NCBI GenBank assembly: GCA_951406725.2
Contig: OX597837.1
Span: forward strand, 27,032,001 to 27,096,000
Reading direction: 5' to 3'
DNA length: 64,000 bases
Source: Octopus vulgaris
Lineage: Eukaryota
Of this stretch, positions 14,346 through 27,534 are shown piece after piece; the first letter of the stretch is position 1; every line of letters starts with the position of its first letter. A model generated the notes under the pieces. That model was given only the letters and a program-made list of their open reading frames with translations, searched no databases and was not told the DNA's origin. The position numbers were made by a program, and so were the translations under genes.

Positions 14346-14906
14346 TTTTTTTAAATATTATTTTGAGATGAAAGTAAACCACCAAATCTGGTTCCAAGAC
14401 TTGAACCATGTCTGTCTGTGCAGCTAGACCGACTATTTGTACCATTTGATGGAATCAACAATTAAATCTAAGGAAAGTAATCAGGACACTAACTCATTCT
14501 AGTTAGGTAGGAGGGGTCAGTTTTTTTAATTCCAATTTCATATTGGTGTTAACTAGTATTATAATGGTGCTTGATGTGGTCTGTATAAACATACCATACA
14601 TACATGTATGTGTGTGGCTATGTGTGTGTGTATACATACATATATATATATATATATAAATAAGGGTAGAAAATGATATTAATCAATTAAAACCAGTGGC
14701 TTAGCATATTTTTTTTTTAATTCGAAGATGAAAAATTTTTTACATACAAAATTTAGAGGACTGACCACTAAAAGTGGACAGCCTATACGCTAGATATAAA
14801 TCACCATTTTCCACGAAGAATTTGTTCTCAAGAAAAAACTCAGCAAAAAACCAAAGTGTAAAAATAAGCAAGACAAATGAAAATATACGAAATAAAAAAC
14901 GATTAC

Positions 14907-14981
14907 CTATGTACTAATTAGTTTCACTTGTTAATATTCACGTGTGTGCATACGCGAACATCTGCAAGATCATCAGCATAG
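14907..14981 (-). ncRNA. Minimal type I hammerhead ribozyme fold in a Penelope-like remnant
   Basis: CUAUG-CUGAUGA-[stem II UCUUG...CAAGU with extended AUGUUCGCGU/ACGUGAAUAU helix]-GAAAC-UAAUUA-GUA-CAUAG. Perfect stem I, palindromic stem III, GUA site. Confidence 0.75.
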
Positions 14982-15562
14982 TCTGTCGTTTATAAAACAC
15001 AATTTCCAGAACTAGATACAGAAGGCTCAACTGAAATCCAGCATGTATAACGTTCTACAAATTATATTATATATATATATATATACATGCGTGTATACAC
15101 ACATACATACACATATATTCTTAGATTTGACTAATTCAGAGAGACATGGTCAGGTCACTTAGAATACAGAACCCAAAGTGTGAAATCTTAGGATCCACAA
15201 GTTTTATTCCAAACTATGAATTCAACAAAATAGGTTATCCTGTTTCATCAGAACATTTGTCACAAATTGGTGTGTCTTTGTATAAGGAAGAACGTCGTTT
15301 GTGGGACTCATTTAGGATATATACACACATTTAGGATATATACATTTATAAATTATACATATATTCACACATATTTATATACATACATATATTTATAAAT
15401 TATACAATATATATGCACATATTTACAAATTATACAATATATACACACATATTTATAAATTATACAATAGAAGTTTATTGGCCCATTTTGGCAAATTTCC
15501 CAAATTCTTCTGTACATATATAAATGTTAGGTTTTCTTTGCCTCATGGACTCTGAGAGGTCT

Positions 15563-16020
15563 GTGGCTCTGTGGTGAGAAGTTTGTTTCCCAGCCACTTA
15601 GTTTTGGGTTTGGTCCCACTGCTTGGTACCTTGAGCAAATATCTTCTGCTATAACCACAAGCTGACCAAAGCCTTGCAAGTAGATTTGGTAAACAGAAAC
15701 TGAAAGAAGTTTGTCATGTGTGTGTGTTTTTGTATATGTGTTTGTCCCCCACCACCATTGCTTGACAACCGATGCTGGTGTGTTTACATCCCCGTAACTT
15801 AGCAGTTCAGCAAAAGAGACCGATAGAATAAGTACCAGGCTTACAAAGAATTAAGTCCCGGGGTCGATTTGCTCGACTAAAGGCAGTGCTCCAGCATGGC
15901 CACAGTCAAATGACTGAAACAAGTAAAAGAGTAAGTACTGAGGTCGATTTGTTTGATTAAAATTCTTCAAGGCAGCGCTCCAGCTTGGCCACAGACTAAT
16001 GACTGAAACAAGAAAAAAGT
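15563..16020 (+). mobile_element. SINE family A with duplicated 3' tail
   Basis: Matches other copies; tail GCTCCAGC...GACTGAAACAAG occurs twice. Confidence 0.8.
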
Positions 16021-17033
16021 ACAAAAAAAAAAAGACACACACACACACACACTCTCTCTCTCTCTCTCTTCTGATACAATTCTACCATTTTGCTTTTGCT
16101 GCTGCCTCTCCTCCTACCGCTTCACTAGTGCGTACCAATTAAAAGACATATTACAGTCAGGCCAGGCTACAGTCTTTACATCAAATTCTTTGTTTGCCTT
16201 CTGTCAGCCTTGTTTCATTTCCTCGTCTCTCTCTCTTTCTCTCACTCTCACTCTCTCTCTCTCCCTCTCTCTCTCTCTATCTATCTATCTATCTCTCTCT
16301 CTCTCTGTCTTGGGATGTATAAACCTTTCTTCTCTCTAAACGCCACACTTAGATCAGATGTCCACAATCTTGGAACCAAGACTTAATGAAATATATCGTT
16401 TTCCAAAGAATTTTCCCCCCTTCTCTTTTTATTAACATTCATCCATTATTTTTTTTTTTACTATTTTTTGTTAACATGTACTATTTGGCATATTTTACAA
16501 ATTTTCTACAAATTACAAATAATTTTAGATAATTATAATTATTTTCCGTATAAGCTCTTTAAAATTGCTGGCATATTATAAGGCCAAACTCTAGTCCCAA
16601 AACCTTTGGAAGGATAGTGTATCAACAAGAAGGCAATACTAACAGATATAGTCAACTGAAAATCTTAACTTTATAAATTCTTTCCCATTTTTATTATTAT
16701 TATTATTTATTATTTTTTTTTTAACCATTTTTTGTTTTTTTGTATATTTCTACGCTTTATCTACACAAATAATTTAAATCTAAGCATAACAATTTTGAAA
16801 CAAAGACACACATGCATGTATATCAATGTGTGTATATATGTGTGCATGTGTATGTTTGTATTTGTGTGTGTGTGTTTGCGTGTTTGTGTGTGTGCATATA
16901 TATGTATATACACACACACATATATATGTATATATACATATATATATGCTCATATATACATACATATATTTATATATATATATTTATGTATATATACATG
17001 TATATATGTATATATATATATATATATGTATGC

Positions 17034-17081
<48 letters not shown>

Positions 17082-17356
17082 ATGTATATATATACATATA
17101 TATACACACACATATATACATATGTATTTATACATATGCACACATATATATGTATTTATATATATGCACACATATATATGTATACACACACACACATATA
17201 TATACACTCACATATATGCACACACACACATATATATATATACATATATGCACATATATATATACACACACACACATGTATATACACACATATATACATA
17301 CATATATACATATGCACACATATATGTATACATTTATATTTATGTATATGTGTGTA

Positions 17357-17414
<58 letters not shown>

Positions 17415-18255
17415 TGTATATATATATTGGGTTGGAACAAAAGTTCGTACTGCTTTTTGAGTTAAATGTTAAAACAACATTTAGATATTTATTCAATCAC
17501 ATGTCCCATTTTGTTTCACCCCCTTTTGCCATCTTTGAGGCAGCTTCCTGATCCTTTCCTCTTATAACTTAGCCCCTTTCAGTTCAAGTGGTTTTTACAG
17601 TCTTCCAAAGAATTGAAGTTCTTCCAATTAGGAGAATTTTATAGGCATCAAAATAAATGGTAATCTGAAGGTACAAGGTCAGATGAGTGCAGTCAGTGTA
17701 GTAGAACATCCCACCCAAAGTGTACCAATTTCTGCTGAGTCTTCAAGGAAACATGAAGCCTAGCATTGCCTAAAGAAAAGCAAGATGCTTCCAATTGGCT
17801 AATTCTGGGTATTTATCATTGAGTGCCCCGTTTAATTTGCGTAACTGGGAACAATAATTGTTTGAATTCAACATCAGATTTTGCGAATACACACAACACT
17901 GTTCCTATACCACCAAATAAAAGGCATCACATTCTTTCGATATTGACCAGCTTTTGGAATCATTAAAGGTGATTCATTTAGTTTTCTCCAGGATTTTTTT
18001 ATTATTATTATTATTCCATATCGTTTAAAAAACAATCCATTTTTCAATCACCTGTGATCCTTCTTTTCAAAAATGGGTCCTTTTGAGCAGAGAATCCCAG
18101 ATTGAAATTACGAGGCACCCAAAATCATAAAGATTCACACATGAACTCTGTGGAATATTTCTGCAATGTCTTCTGATGTGTGACCTGGATTATTTTTGAT
18201 TAGCGTTTTGATTTGGTCATCATCAACGACTGTAGGCCTTCTGGAATATTCATAG

Positions 18256-18452
18256 GTTCTGGGATTGAAATTCCCTGTCGACCAGTGTACTCTGTACGCT
18301 TCATATTCAGTTTTGGATGCTGGTAGTGCAGGGCTTGGAATTTTTCAGCACTAAACTGCATATTATTATCCTCAGCCCATCTGTAAATTGAGTCCAACTC
18401 CTGCTGCAGATGTGCAACATCGCTGGGGTTCTGTATTTTCTGCGAGACTTTC
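18256..18452 (-). mobile_element. LINE reverse-transcriptase fragment (CR1/Jockey-group-like) nested in the mariner
   Basis: KIQNPSDVAHLQQELDSIYRWAEDNNMQFSAEKFQALHY resembles the LQ.DL..L..W.....M.FN..K segment following the YADD motif. Confidence 0.75.
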
Positions 18453-18634
18453 ATATATATACATACATACATTTAAATATAAATAGATGAATGAATTATC
18501 CTTTGTTTACTGTTAACATGGAAAATTCAATAAACAGTTACCAGGGTAGCAAAATTCATGCAAGTAACACGGATGAAGCGACCTATTCAAAGGTAGAAAC
18601 TCCGGGTTAATCTGTAGCAATTTGTGTATTATAA

Positions 18635-18908
18635 GTAAATAAATGGAGTTGAACGAAGATGTTATTAAAATTGTTTTACTTGCGACATATGTTTCGAAGA
18701 CAACATTGGTTTTATTCCAAAGGAATAAACGGTGTAAAATGCAATCTTCTCACCAGGAAAGAAAGAGAGCCTATCTCAACAACAAGACATTATAACAATT
18801 ACGATTGTAATTGTTATAATGTCTTGTTGTTGAGATAGGCTGTCTTCAAAACATATGTCGAAAGTAAAAGAATTTTAATAACATCTTCGTTCAACTCCAT
18901 TTATTTAC
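18635..18908. mobile_element. Penelope-like pseudo-LTR hairpin with degenerate hammerhead on the minus strand
   Basis: Nested inverted arms; minus strand reads CUUUC-CUGGUGA-GAAGA...UCUUC-GAAAC-AUAU-GUC. Confidence 0.65.
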
Positions 18909-18941
<33 letters not shown>

Positions 18942-19454
18942 AAACACCTTTTAGCAATTCAATAATGAAAAATTAAATTATACCTTGAATTGATAAAAGG
19001 TAGGTTTTTTTCTAATTTATATATATATTATATTTTGTGAATTTTGATTTAGTATTTCTAAATTCAATTTTTCCCTGTAAGTTTGAAATAATATTCCCTC
19101 ATATTATTATATATATATATATATGAAATATGTTGAGTATTTTTGCAATGTCTCCTGTTGTGTGACCTGGACTATTTTTTGATCAGCATTTTGATTTGGT
19201 CATCATCAACGAATATTCCTTCTGGAATATTCATAGTCTTCTAGATGAAAATTTTCACTCCTAATCCTAGTGAACCACTTACAAACTGTCCTCTCAGCAA
19301 TGGTACCATTTCCATAAACTGTACATGTCTCTTTTTGCTGTTTGTACAGCAATTTTTTTTTCCTTTCCAGAAATAGAAGAGCATCAAATGACAAAACTAT
19401 CTCATTCCCCTCCATATTCCCTTTTAATGTAAAACTTCTTCTTCTTCTTCTTTA

Positions 19455-19810
19455 TCATTTAGCGTCCGCTTTCCATGCTAGCATGGGTTGGACGCTTCAA
19501 CTGGGGTCTGGGAAGCCAGAAGGCTGCACCAGGCCCAGTCTGATCTGGCAATGTTTCTACGGATGGATGCCCTTCCTAATGCCAACCACTCCGTGAGTGT
19601 AGTGGGTGCTTTTTACGTGCCACCGTCACAGGTGCCAGACGAGGCTGGCAAACGGCCACAGTCGGATGGTGCTTTTTATGTGTCACCGGCACGAGGGCCA
19701 GGCAAGGCTGGCAAATGGCCACGATCGGATGGTGCTTTTTACGTGTCACCGGCATGGAGGCCCGTTGGCAATGGCCACATTCAGATGGTTCGCTTACATG
19801 CCACTGAAAA
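19455..19810 (-). mobile_element. Retroposon family D nested in the mariner
   Basis: Matches 965-1210, with more internal GTGCTTTTTACGTG repeats. Confidence 0.8.
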
Positions 19811-20000
19811 ATAAACTATCCACACAGTAACCATATAGAAAGACATCTTGAAATGTCACCTTTCTGAAAACATATACAAGCCAAATTCTTCTGTCACACG
19901 AGAAACAAAATCACATATTTAAATGCTGCCAATTAAAAAAAAAACAGTATGAACTTTTGTTACAACCTAATATGTATGTGTATAAATATGTATATATATC

Positions 20001-20039
<39 letters not shown>

Positions 20040-20588
20040 ATTTGTATAAACATATATATACATACATATACATCCACACATGCACATACATACACATAAT
20101 TATATATAAAATGCTGCACTAAAAAAAAAATTACAATAATTTTAAAGCAGGTAGAAAAATTTATTTTTTTAAATATTTTTTGTTAAAGTATTAAATTTTC
20201 TGTTTCTAAATTCTGTCTGTGTAAATTTGTGAGGTGGATTTTCTTAATTTCCTGCCAATGTTGTTTGCTTTCTATGTCGTCTCTCATTTTTTTCAGTTTT
20301 GCATTTTTGATTTTTTTTTTATCCTTTTCATTTTTCTTTAAGCATTAATTTTTTTTTTTATTATGATTATTTGTTGTTGTTGTTGTTGTTGTTGTTGTTA
20401 TTATTGTCATTATTATTATTATTATTATCATTATTATTATTATTATAATTAATATTATTTACATCCATTATTGTTCTAAATGCTATTGTTATAATTTTTT
20501 TTATTATTATTTTTAAAATATTGCTATGCAGTTCATTTTAATTATTTTTTTTTGCCCCAATTTTAACTGAAATTTAGTTCCAGTTTCT

Positions 20589-20927
20589 CATAAATCTTTT
20601 TAAATATTTAACCATTCCCCCACCCACCATTCAATTACAGTCCTGCAATTAATTAACAGGGGGAGAGGGTGTGGTTAAACACCTGAAATTAATTCTAAAA
20701 ATTACTTAAAACTCCTAGTTATTGTTTATCTGTTTTTTGGGTTTTTTTTTGTTACCACATAAATCTTTTTAAATATTTAACCATTTCGCCACCCACCATT
20801 CAATTACAGTCCTGCAATTAATTAACAGGGGAAGAGGGTGTGGTTAAACACCTGAAATGAATTCTAAAAATTACTTAAAACTCCTAGTTATTGTTTATCT
20901 GTTTTTTGGGGGTTTTTTTGTTACCAA
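20589..20927. repeat. 169-bp tandem duplication
   Basis: CATAAATCTTTTTAAATATTTAACCATT starts at 20589 and 20758. Confidence 0.9.
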
Positions 20928-20989
20928 TCTTTGAGCTTCGTATTATGATATTCTCTGAAGAATTTACAAATACCAAACCTAGAATTTAA

Positions 20990-21203
20990 CCCTCAAGCAT
21001 TCCAGATTCCTCTATCAAATGTAATCCTTATTTATTCCCATTATTTTCAATTAATCATGCAATTATCTCATAACTTCAAGATTTTGTTGATGTAATTGCT
21101 TACTTTTATAATGGCATAGTAGGGTAGGTGTGAAAGGCCAGATCTGGCCAGTTTCAACATGTAACAAAATATATGGGCTGAATATGGTTTAAATTCCAAA
21201 GGG
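20990..21203. mobile_element. Degenerate piggyBac-type MITE (related copy at ~62515-62705, opposite orientation)
   Basis: TTAA|CCCTCAAGCATT ... AAAGGG ends; both copies share GGCCAGATCTGG. Confidence 0.5.
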
Positions 21204-21799
21204 TTGGATCCATCTAAAATATTTCATTTTCTTTTCTATCTAAAAACAAAATTTATTCAATAATTAAATTTGGACATTAAATCCTATCTCAATTTTATTT
21301 TTTCATTAAAGCTTTGTATATTTTATTTTAGATTGCTTTTTTTTTTTGCATTGGTACTTAAGTAGCTAATTATAAATTTATTTATTTTGATCAGCTTATA
21401 TAGACATGGTTTATGCTATTCTCTGATGAAGGGCATCATAGGGTCTATACCATTCTGTACGGCTCCCACAACACATTTCCTTTTCTTTCCCATTTCCAAT
21501 CTGAACCACTCCTTTACAGACCATTTCTAGTTTTATCAATACTCGTTAACCGTATCTGTTAACTCATTAACTGTATTTGTGTTAGTAATAACCTATTTTA
21601 CTATTACTGCCTTGTCAAGTATTTTCTCGTAAATCAAATTTTTAAAAAAATCACCCACTAATAAAAAGAGATGGCTTGTTATTCTTCAACTACTGAAATA
21701 AATTTAGAGACCCACCCATCCGACAGAAGAACATTAGTAAAACATATATGTTCAACCAACATATGCACAAACATAACACACATTTAGATATTTAGTATT

Positions 21800-22056
21800 A
21801 GTTAGTTAGTTAGTTAGTTAGTTAATTTGGCTCAAAAGCAAATAGCAAGGCCATGTAGGGGGACATGGAGTTAAGTACAGGGTGGTGTTCATGTAAAGAG
21901 TTCAGGCCACTTGAGGTCCAGGGAGGCTTTGAACAAAGCGGTCGTCGGCATCTTCACCATCTCGTCTGGCAGCTTGTTCCACGGATCCGCAACCCGGATG
22001 GAGAAAGCTCCTCTCCTTCGATTGAGATGAAATCGTCACAGGTAGAGCTTTTCGGA
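21800..22056 (-). mobile_element. CR1-like LINE 3' end with (CTAA)n tail
   Basis: RRGAFSIRVADPWNKLPDEMVKMPTTALFKASLD matches the CR1-group F..RV...WN.LP....FK..LD motif. Confidence 0.8.
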
Positions 22057-22282
22057 ATTAAAGTTAAGAGGTTGTATTCCTTGCAGATATATTTTATATA
22101 ATTAGAAAATTTTTGAACAGTATCTTTTCATTTGGATTAGAGAATAAACAGAGAGACAAACACAGGCATGGCAATGTGATTAATAAGTTTGCTTTGCAAC
22201 TGCGTGGTTTCAGGTTCAATCCTAGTGAGTGGCACCTTGTCCAGTACCAAACAAATGAAATTCGGTTGACACCTTTATATAT

Positions 22283-22328
<46 letters not shown>

Positions 22329-22804
22329 GATGAGGATGATGAACCAACCAGGCTATCAGATGTTGCTACACATCGCTGGTCACAATGTGCTTCGCATTGT
22401 TTTAGTCTTCAAATGATGCCACCCCACTGGCTAAGCGAGCAGGCCAATATATATTATATATATAGTGCATCCTTGATACCATCAATTCTGACATTAGAAG
22501 GGCTACAGGATCGATTCAATGGGATTCCAGCACAGCTGTGATTGACTGATTCCGTAGTATCAAGGAGCTCTCTCTCTCTCTCTATTTATCTATCTATATA
22601 TATATAGGGAGAGTTTACGAAAAAAAACAGAAGATGAAGACTGGTGGTGTACAAAACAAACAGATGTATTAGTATAACGCTCAGGAATAGAAAAAGTCTT
22701 TTACGTTTTGAGCCTATGCTCTTCGACAGAAAGGTACACAGAAAGAAACAAGGAGAGAAACAAGGAGAGAAAAAATGTGTGTAGTGGCTAACGATCTATC
22801 ATGG

Positions 22805-22887
<83 letters not shown>

Positions 22888-24519
22888 TACATATATATAT
22901 GCACGCATGCACACACACACATTCATTCATTCTTCTTCAAACCATAAAATTTGAACATGTGTTTGCTTGTGAATGTGTGTATCTCTCTCATTTTCTCGTC
23001 CAGTGTATGCATGGTTTGCATGGAGAAGTAGAATTTCTATAGTTTAAAAAATAGTTATATTTTGCATTCATATTTCAGACCATATACAGAGAAAACACAC
23101 CTTCTACACATGCACACTGATTGCATTATATACACACACACACATGCAGCATTCACTTTACCACACCTGCCACAATTCTAATGTCATTAATTAAGATGTA
23201 ATTAGTCTTGATCAGAAACTCAGTTTAAATATTAATGGGTCTGAAACCAAACCAACTCATTATTTATTATCAAATGTTCCATCCTCAACCGTTAATTAAT
23301 GTGAATAATCTTTAATTTTGAAGCAAGATATATAATTCGACACCTTTACATCCTGATAGAATTTCTTTTTGGAGCTTTCTTTTTTTTTTTTTTTTATCAA
23401 ATGTTTTCTCTAATTGATTTTGAAAGGAAATCAATAAGCAATTATTCACAATATTAACCTTAACTTATCTGTCTTTATGTTCTGAGTCCGAATTCTGCTG
23501 ACTTTGATTTTCATCCTTTCGGGGTTGATAAAATAAATACAACTTGAACACTGGGGGTCGATGACATCAACTTATTTCTTCCCCCAAAGTTGCTGGCCTT
23601 GTACTAAAATTCGAAACCAATATTAACCTCAAATTTCTTTGTCTCAAATCTGTCAAAAATATTGTTAAAATATTTAATAGAAAATCCGTCTTAAATGTTT
23701 AACTATAAAAGATGAACAATGATGAGAAAATCTTAAACTCTGCTTCATTGATCAATACTGTTGGATATTCGTTTACTTGTAACAAGTCATTCTTTATCAT
23801 AATCTACAACTCTACCTTTAGTTTTAAAAAATAATAATAATAATAATAATAATAAATCTTCTGCAAAAGTATGGATTGAATGTTTAAGTGTTTTAAGCAT
23901 TTCTAATCATGTTTCAAATTAAAGTAATTTATGTTGAAATTTAACAATAATCAAGAATTTGATGGATCTAATTACAGCCATTACATTTTCATTAATTGCT
24001 GTATCAAGCTGGTGTTTAATTAAGCCACAAGTTTTGATTTCTTAATGTAAAACTGGAAGGTTGTTTATTGAAATACGAAGGCATTAAAAACAGGTATATG
24101 TGTATAAAAGAAACAGAGGTGGTGGCCCCTGTTTGAGTCAGCATCATAGGGGTTAAATTAAGCAATTTTAGGGAGAGCTTTTATAAAGGTTAATCTTGAC
24201 TTCACTAGATTTTTTTTTTTTTACTAATAACTGATGATGTTGTTGTTGTTTTATTAACTAAACACTGATATGGTGAAGACTGTGAGTCAAAAATCCCTCT
24301 GAAGCAACACTGATTGGGAGGCAGCCTAGAGTCACCTGCGAATTTAACGGCACCAGTTATACAGTGGCTACAAATCTTTCTGGGCCAGGTAAGACATTGT
24401 ACAAACAAACTTCCTAGCCTAAAAAGAGTGGGTTTGAAGTGTGAAAACTGATCTAATTCATATATATATGTATATATATATATATACATACATATAATAT
24501 ATATACATACATACAAACA

Positions 24520-24555
<36 letters not shown>

Positions 24556-24620
24556 CATATATAAATACATACATATACATATATATGCATATATATATAT
24601 ATACATATATGCATATTTAT

Positions 24621-24875
<255 letters not shown>

Positions 24876-24892
24876 ATATATGTATATGTATA

Positions 24893-24923
<31 letters not shown>

Positions 24924-25248
24924 GTATATGTGCATCTGATGAAATAACAGTGTCAGAGGTGACTCACTAATTAACAACCATCAGTTGATTAACATCTGTG
25001 TTAACTGTGGTTAATTAACCTACTCATCGTATTTCCTAATTAACATCTAACATGGCTACAAAGGTAGAAACTTAAAGGCTAATAACTTATTTCTTGTTGG
25101 TTTGTTTCCCTTAACGAGAGAAAACAAACTACCAATGTAACTGATCAATAAATTTATAAGCTATAAATGTATCATTATATAGTACCTTACAAAGAATTAA
25201 ACATCTATATCCATTACAAGAGATATAAGTAATAAATCTGTCAATTTA

Positions 25249-25290
<42 letters not shown>

Positions 25291-25352
25291 TAAAAACGGT
25301 AAGATAACAAAAGAAAGAAAGAGACCTCAATATTATGTAAATAGAGGAGATG

Positions 25353-25422
25353 GCCAGATTACCGAAGAGATGGTGTTGTGGATTTCCACTTCGGCATCCG
25401 AAACTCAGAGTTTTATCTTGGC
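25353..25422 (+). ncRNA. Degenerate hammerhead fold
   Basis: GCCAGAUUA-CCGAAGA-stem II-CGAAAC-UCAGA-GUU-UUAUCUUGGC; U4 is C. Confidence 0.5.
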
Positions 25423-25451
25423 TATTGAATAATGGTAACATATTAATTAAC

Positions 25452-25513
<62 letters not shown>

Positions 25514-25527
25514 TTAAATCTAAATAA

Positions 25528-26610
25528 TAAGGGTAAAAAAATCAATATTAATTTAATTAACGTCAATTTAAACCAGTGGCTTAGCATATAGAAATATCTA
25601 AAGATTCAGAAAAATTATATTACATACATATAAGAAGGATGACCACTAGGTGGACATCCAGTATGCTAAATGTAGACCCCATATGGTCTGACCACTAAGA
25701 AAAAATTGTTCTCGAGAAAATTCAGCAAATGCCAGAACGTAAGTGAACAAGACAAATTTTTAATTTAAATTTAAATTACCATGTTCTCTAACCAGCAGGC
25801 TTCGATGCAGAAAATTATTTTCTGCAGAGTCATTTCCAGCTTTGGTGCATCAAAACAAAAACATTTGAAATGTACCTCCAAATATAATTGACAGAACTGT
25901 ATGCATGTTCTCTCTCGTGTGGACATCTCGTGTATAGTTCGGCAAATTATATTTTCTACGACAGTTGCACTGATGAATTGCAGACATTTCATCATCATCA
26001 TCATCATCGTTTAACGTCCGTTCTCCATGCTAGCATGGGTTGGACGGTTCGACCGAGGATCTGGGAAGCCAGAAGGCTGCACCAGGCTCCAGTCTTATCT
26101 GGCAATGTTTCTACAGCTGGATGCCCTTCCTAACGCCAACCACTCCGTGAGTGTAGTGGGCGCTTTTTACGTGCCACCTGCACTGGTGCCAGGCGAGGCT
26201 GGCAACGGCCACAGTCGGATTGGTGTATTTTATGTGCCACTGGCACGGAAGCCAGTCGAGGCGGTGCTGGCATCGGCCACGAGTCGGATAGTGCTTTTTA
26301 CGTACTACCAGACCAGGGATCCTGGCTGGTTCAATTCGATTTCGATTTCGCTTGCCCCAACATGTCTTCGCAAGCAAAGGGGGTTGGCATGGGTGTATTT
26401 TACGTACGTATGTAAATATGTAAATGGTAACAATGAAACCTGTCATGTGACAAATCATTATATTTTGTATCTTTTCATTTGTCTTGCTCGCTTAGGTTCT
26501 GCCTGAATTTTCTTAAGAACAATTTTTTCTTAGTAGTCAAACCATATGGGGTCTACATTTAGCATACTGGATGTCCACCTAGTGGTCATGTTCATCCCTC
26601 TTATATGTAT
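25528..26610. mobile_element. Penelope-like remnant with inverted terminal duplication, interrupted by a family D element
   Basis: 25625-25760 recurs inverted at ~26470-26605; left part homologous to 14660-14880, which carries the hammerhead. Confidence 0.6.
26008..26395 (-). mobile_element. Retroposon family D
   Basis: Matches 965-1210. Confidence 0.8.
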
Positions 26611-26810
26611 GTATATATATATATATATGTATATATGTATATATGTAGATATCAAACAATGGGAATGAGTGCTCAACACCATATTGGTAGATAAAGGCCC
26701 TTTATTTGTGAATTAAGGCTACCATTGGTTTCATGTTAAGGAAGTCCTTAGCAATCACCAAGCCTCTGTTTTAATTCAAAATGGAGATGAACACCAATGT
26801 TCCATGTGAT

Positions 26811-26860
26811 AGGCTTGATAATTGTTAAGGGCTTCCTTAGCATGAAACCAATAGTAGCCT
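26811..26860 (+). ncRNA. Minimal hammerhead fold with U3-A8 core (inverted sister copy at 26716-26765)
   Basis: AGGC-UUGAUAA-U-UGUUAAGG-GCUU-CCUUAGCA-U-GAAAC-CAAUA-GUA-GCCU. Confidence 0.6.
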
Positions 26861-27534
26861 TAATCCACAAATAAAGTGTGTGTGTGTGTGTGTATGTATG
26901 TATATGTATATATATATATATAGCTTACTCATGCTGTGTTGTTTACATAATTTCATATTTAGACCAAATAAACTAATTAATTGTATTCAGGTTAGATGAG
27001 CTAATTAATTAATTACTATTAATACTATTAATAACAAAAATCCCTTCATAACAGACGCTTACTCCACTTCTCTGTCCCCACCAAAACTGTTCTCTTTGAG
27101 GGGGGATCCTTGTTATTATTTTACTTTAGGTACAATTCTGCACAGCTCATAAACCCATCAAGCCATGGATCACCAATTGATTACAGATAAGTTACCACAC
27201 TAAAATCTAAAAGATTTATGATTGTTTACCCCTGCCCTTCATTGATATTGTAGCGGTATGTTTAAGATCCATTTATTGAATCTATACTGGCTCAGTCCAC
27301 TTATCTGTAGATAGGGGTCAATGCCTGTACTGTGTTTTGTTAGTTTATTATACTGATCTTGAGCCATCCTTTCGTCTATATGAGTGCCCTTCTGCACCAT
27401 ATTCCCATATAGAAGGAAATTCAGACATAAAGAAATCTATCCCAGGGGCACAATCCAGCAATTCAGTCAGACATCATTGTCCCCTAGTCTTTTTTTACCA
27501 TCTTCTCGACTGACCAGTTTTTTTTTTTTTTGCT

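Larger units (their letters stand above)
17427..19970 (-). mobile_element. Decayed mariner element with nested insertions
   Basis: TIRs TTGGGTTGGAACAAAAGTTCGTACTG / CAGTATGAACTTTTGTTACAACCTAA with TA flanks. Minus-strand remnants VYGNGTIAERTVCKWF (~19250-19330) and GWDVLLH..SDLVPSDYHLF (~17650-17720) match mariner motifs, with stops. Confidence 0.9.

Noticed and set aside
22340-22450. GC-richer structured island, possible HDV-like ribozyme or LINE 5' end
   Set aside because: A complete nested double pseudoknot could not be assigned by eye; single copy in the window.
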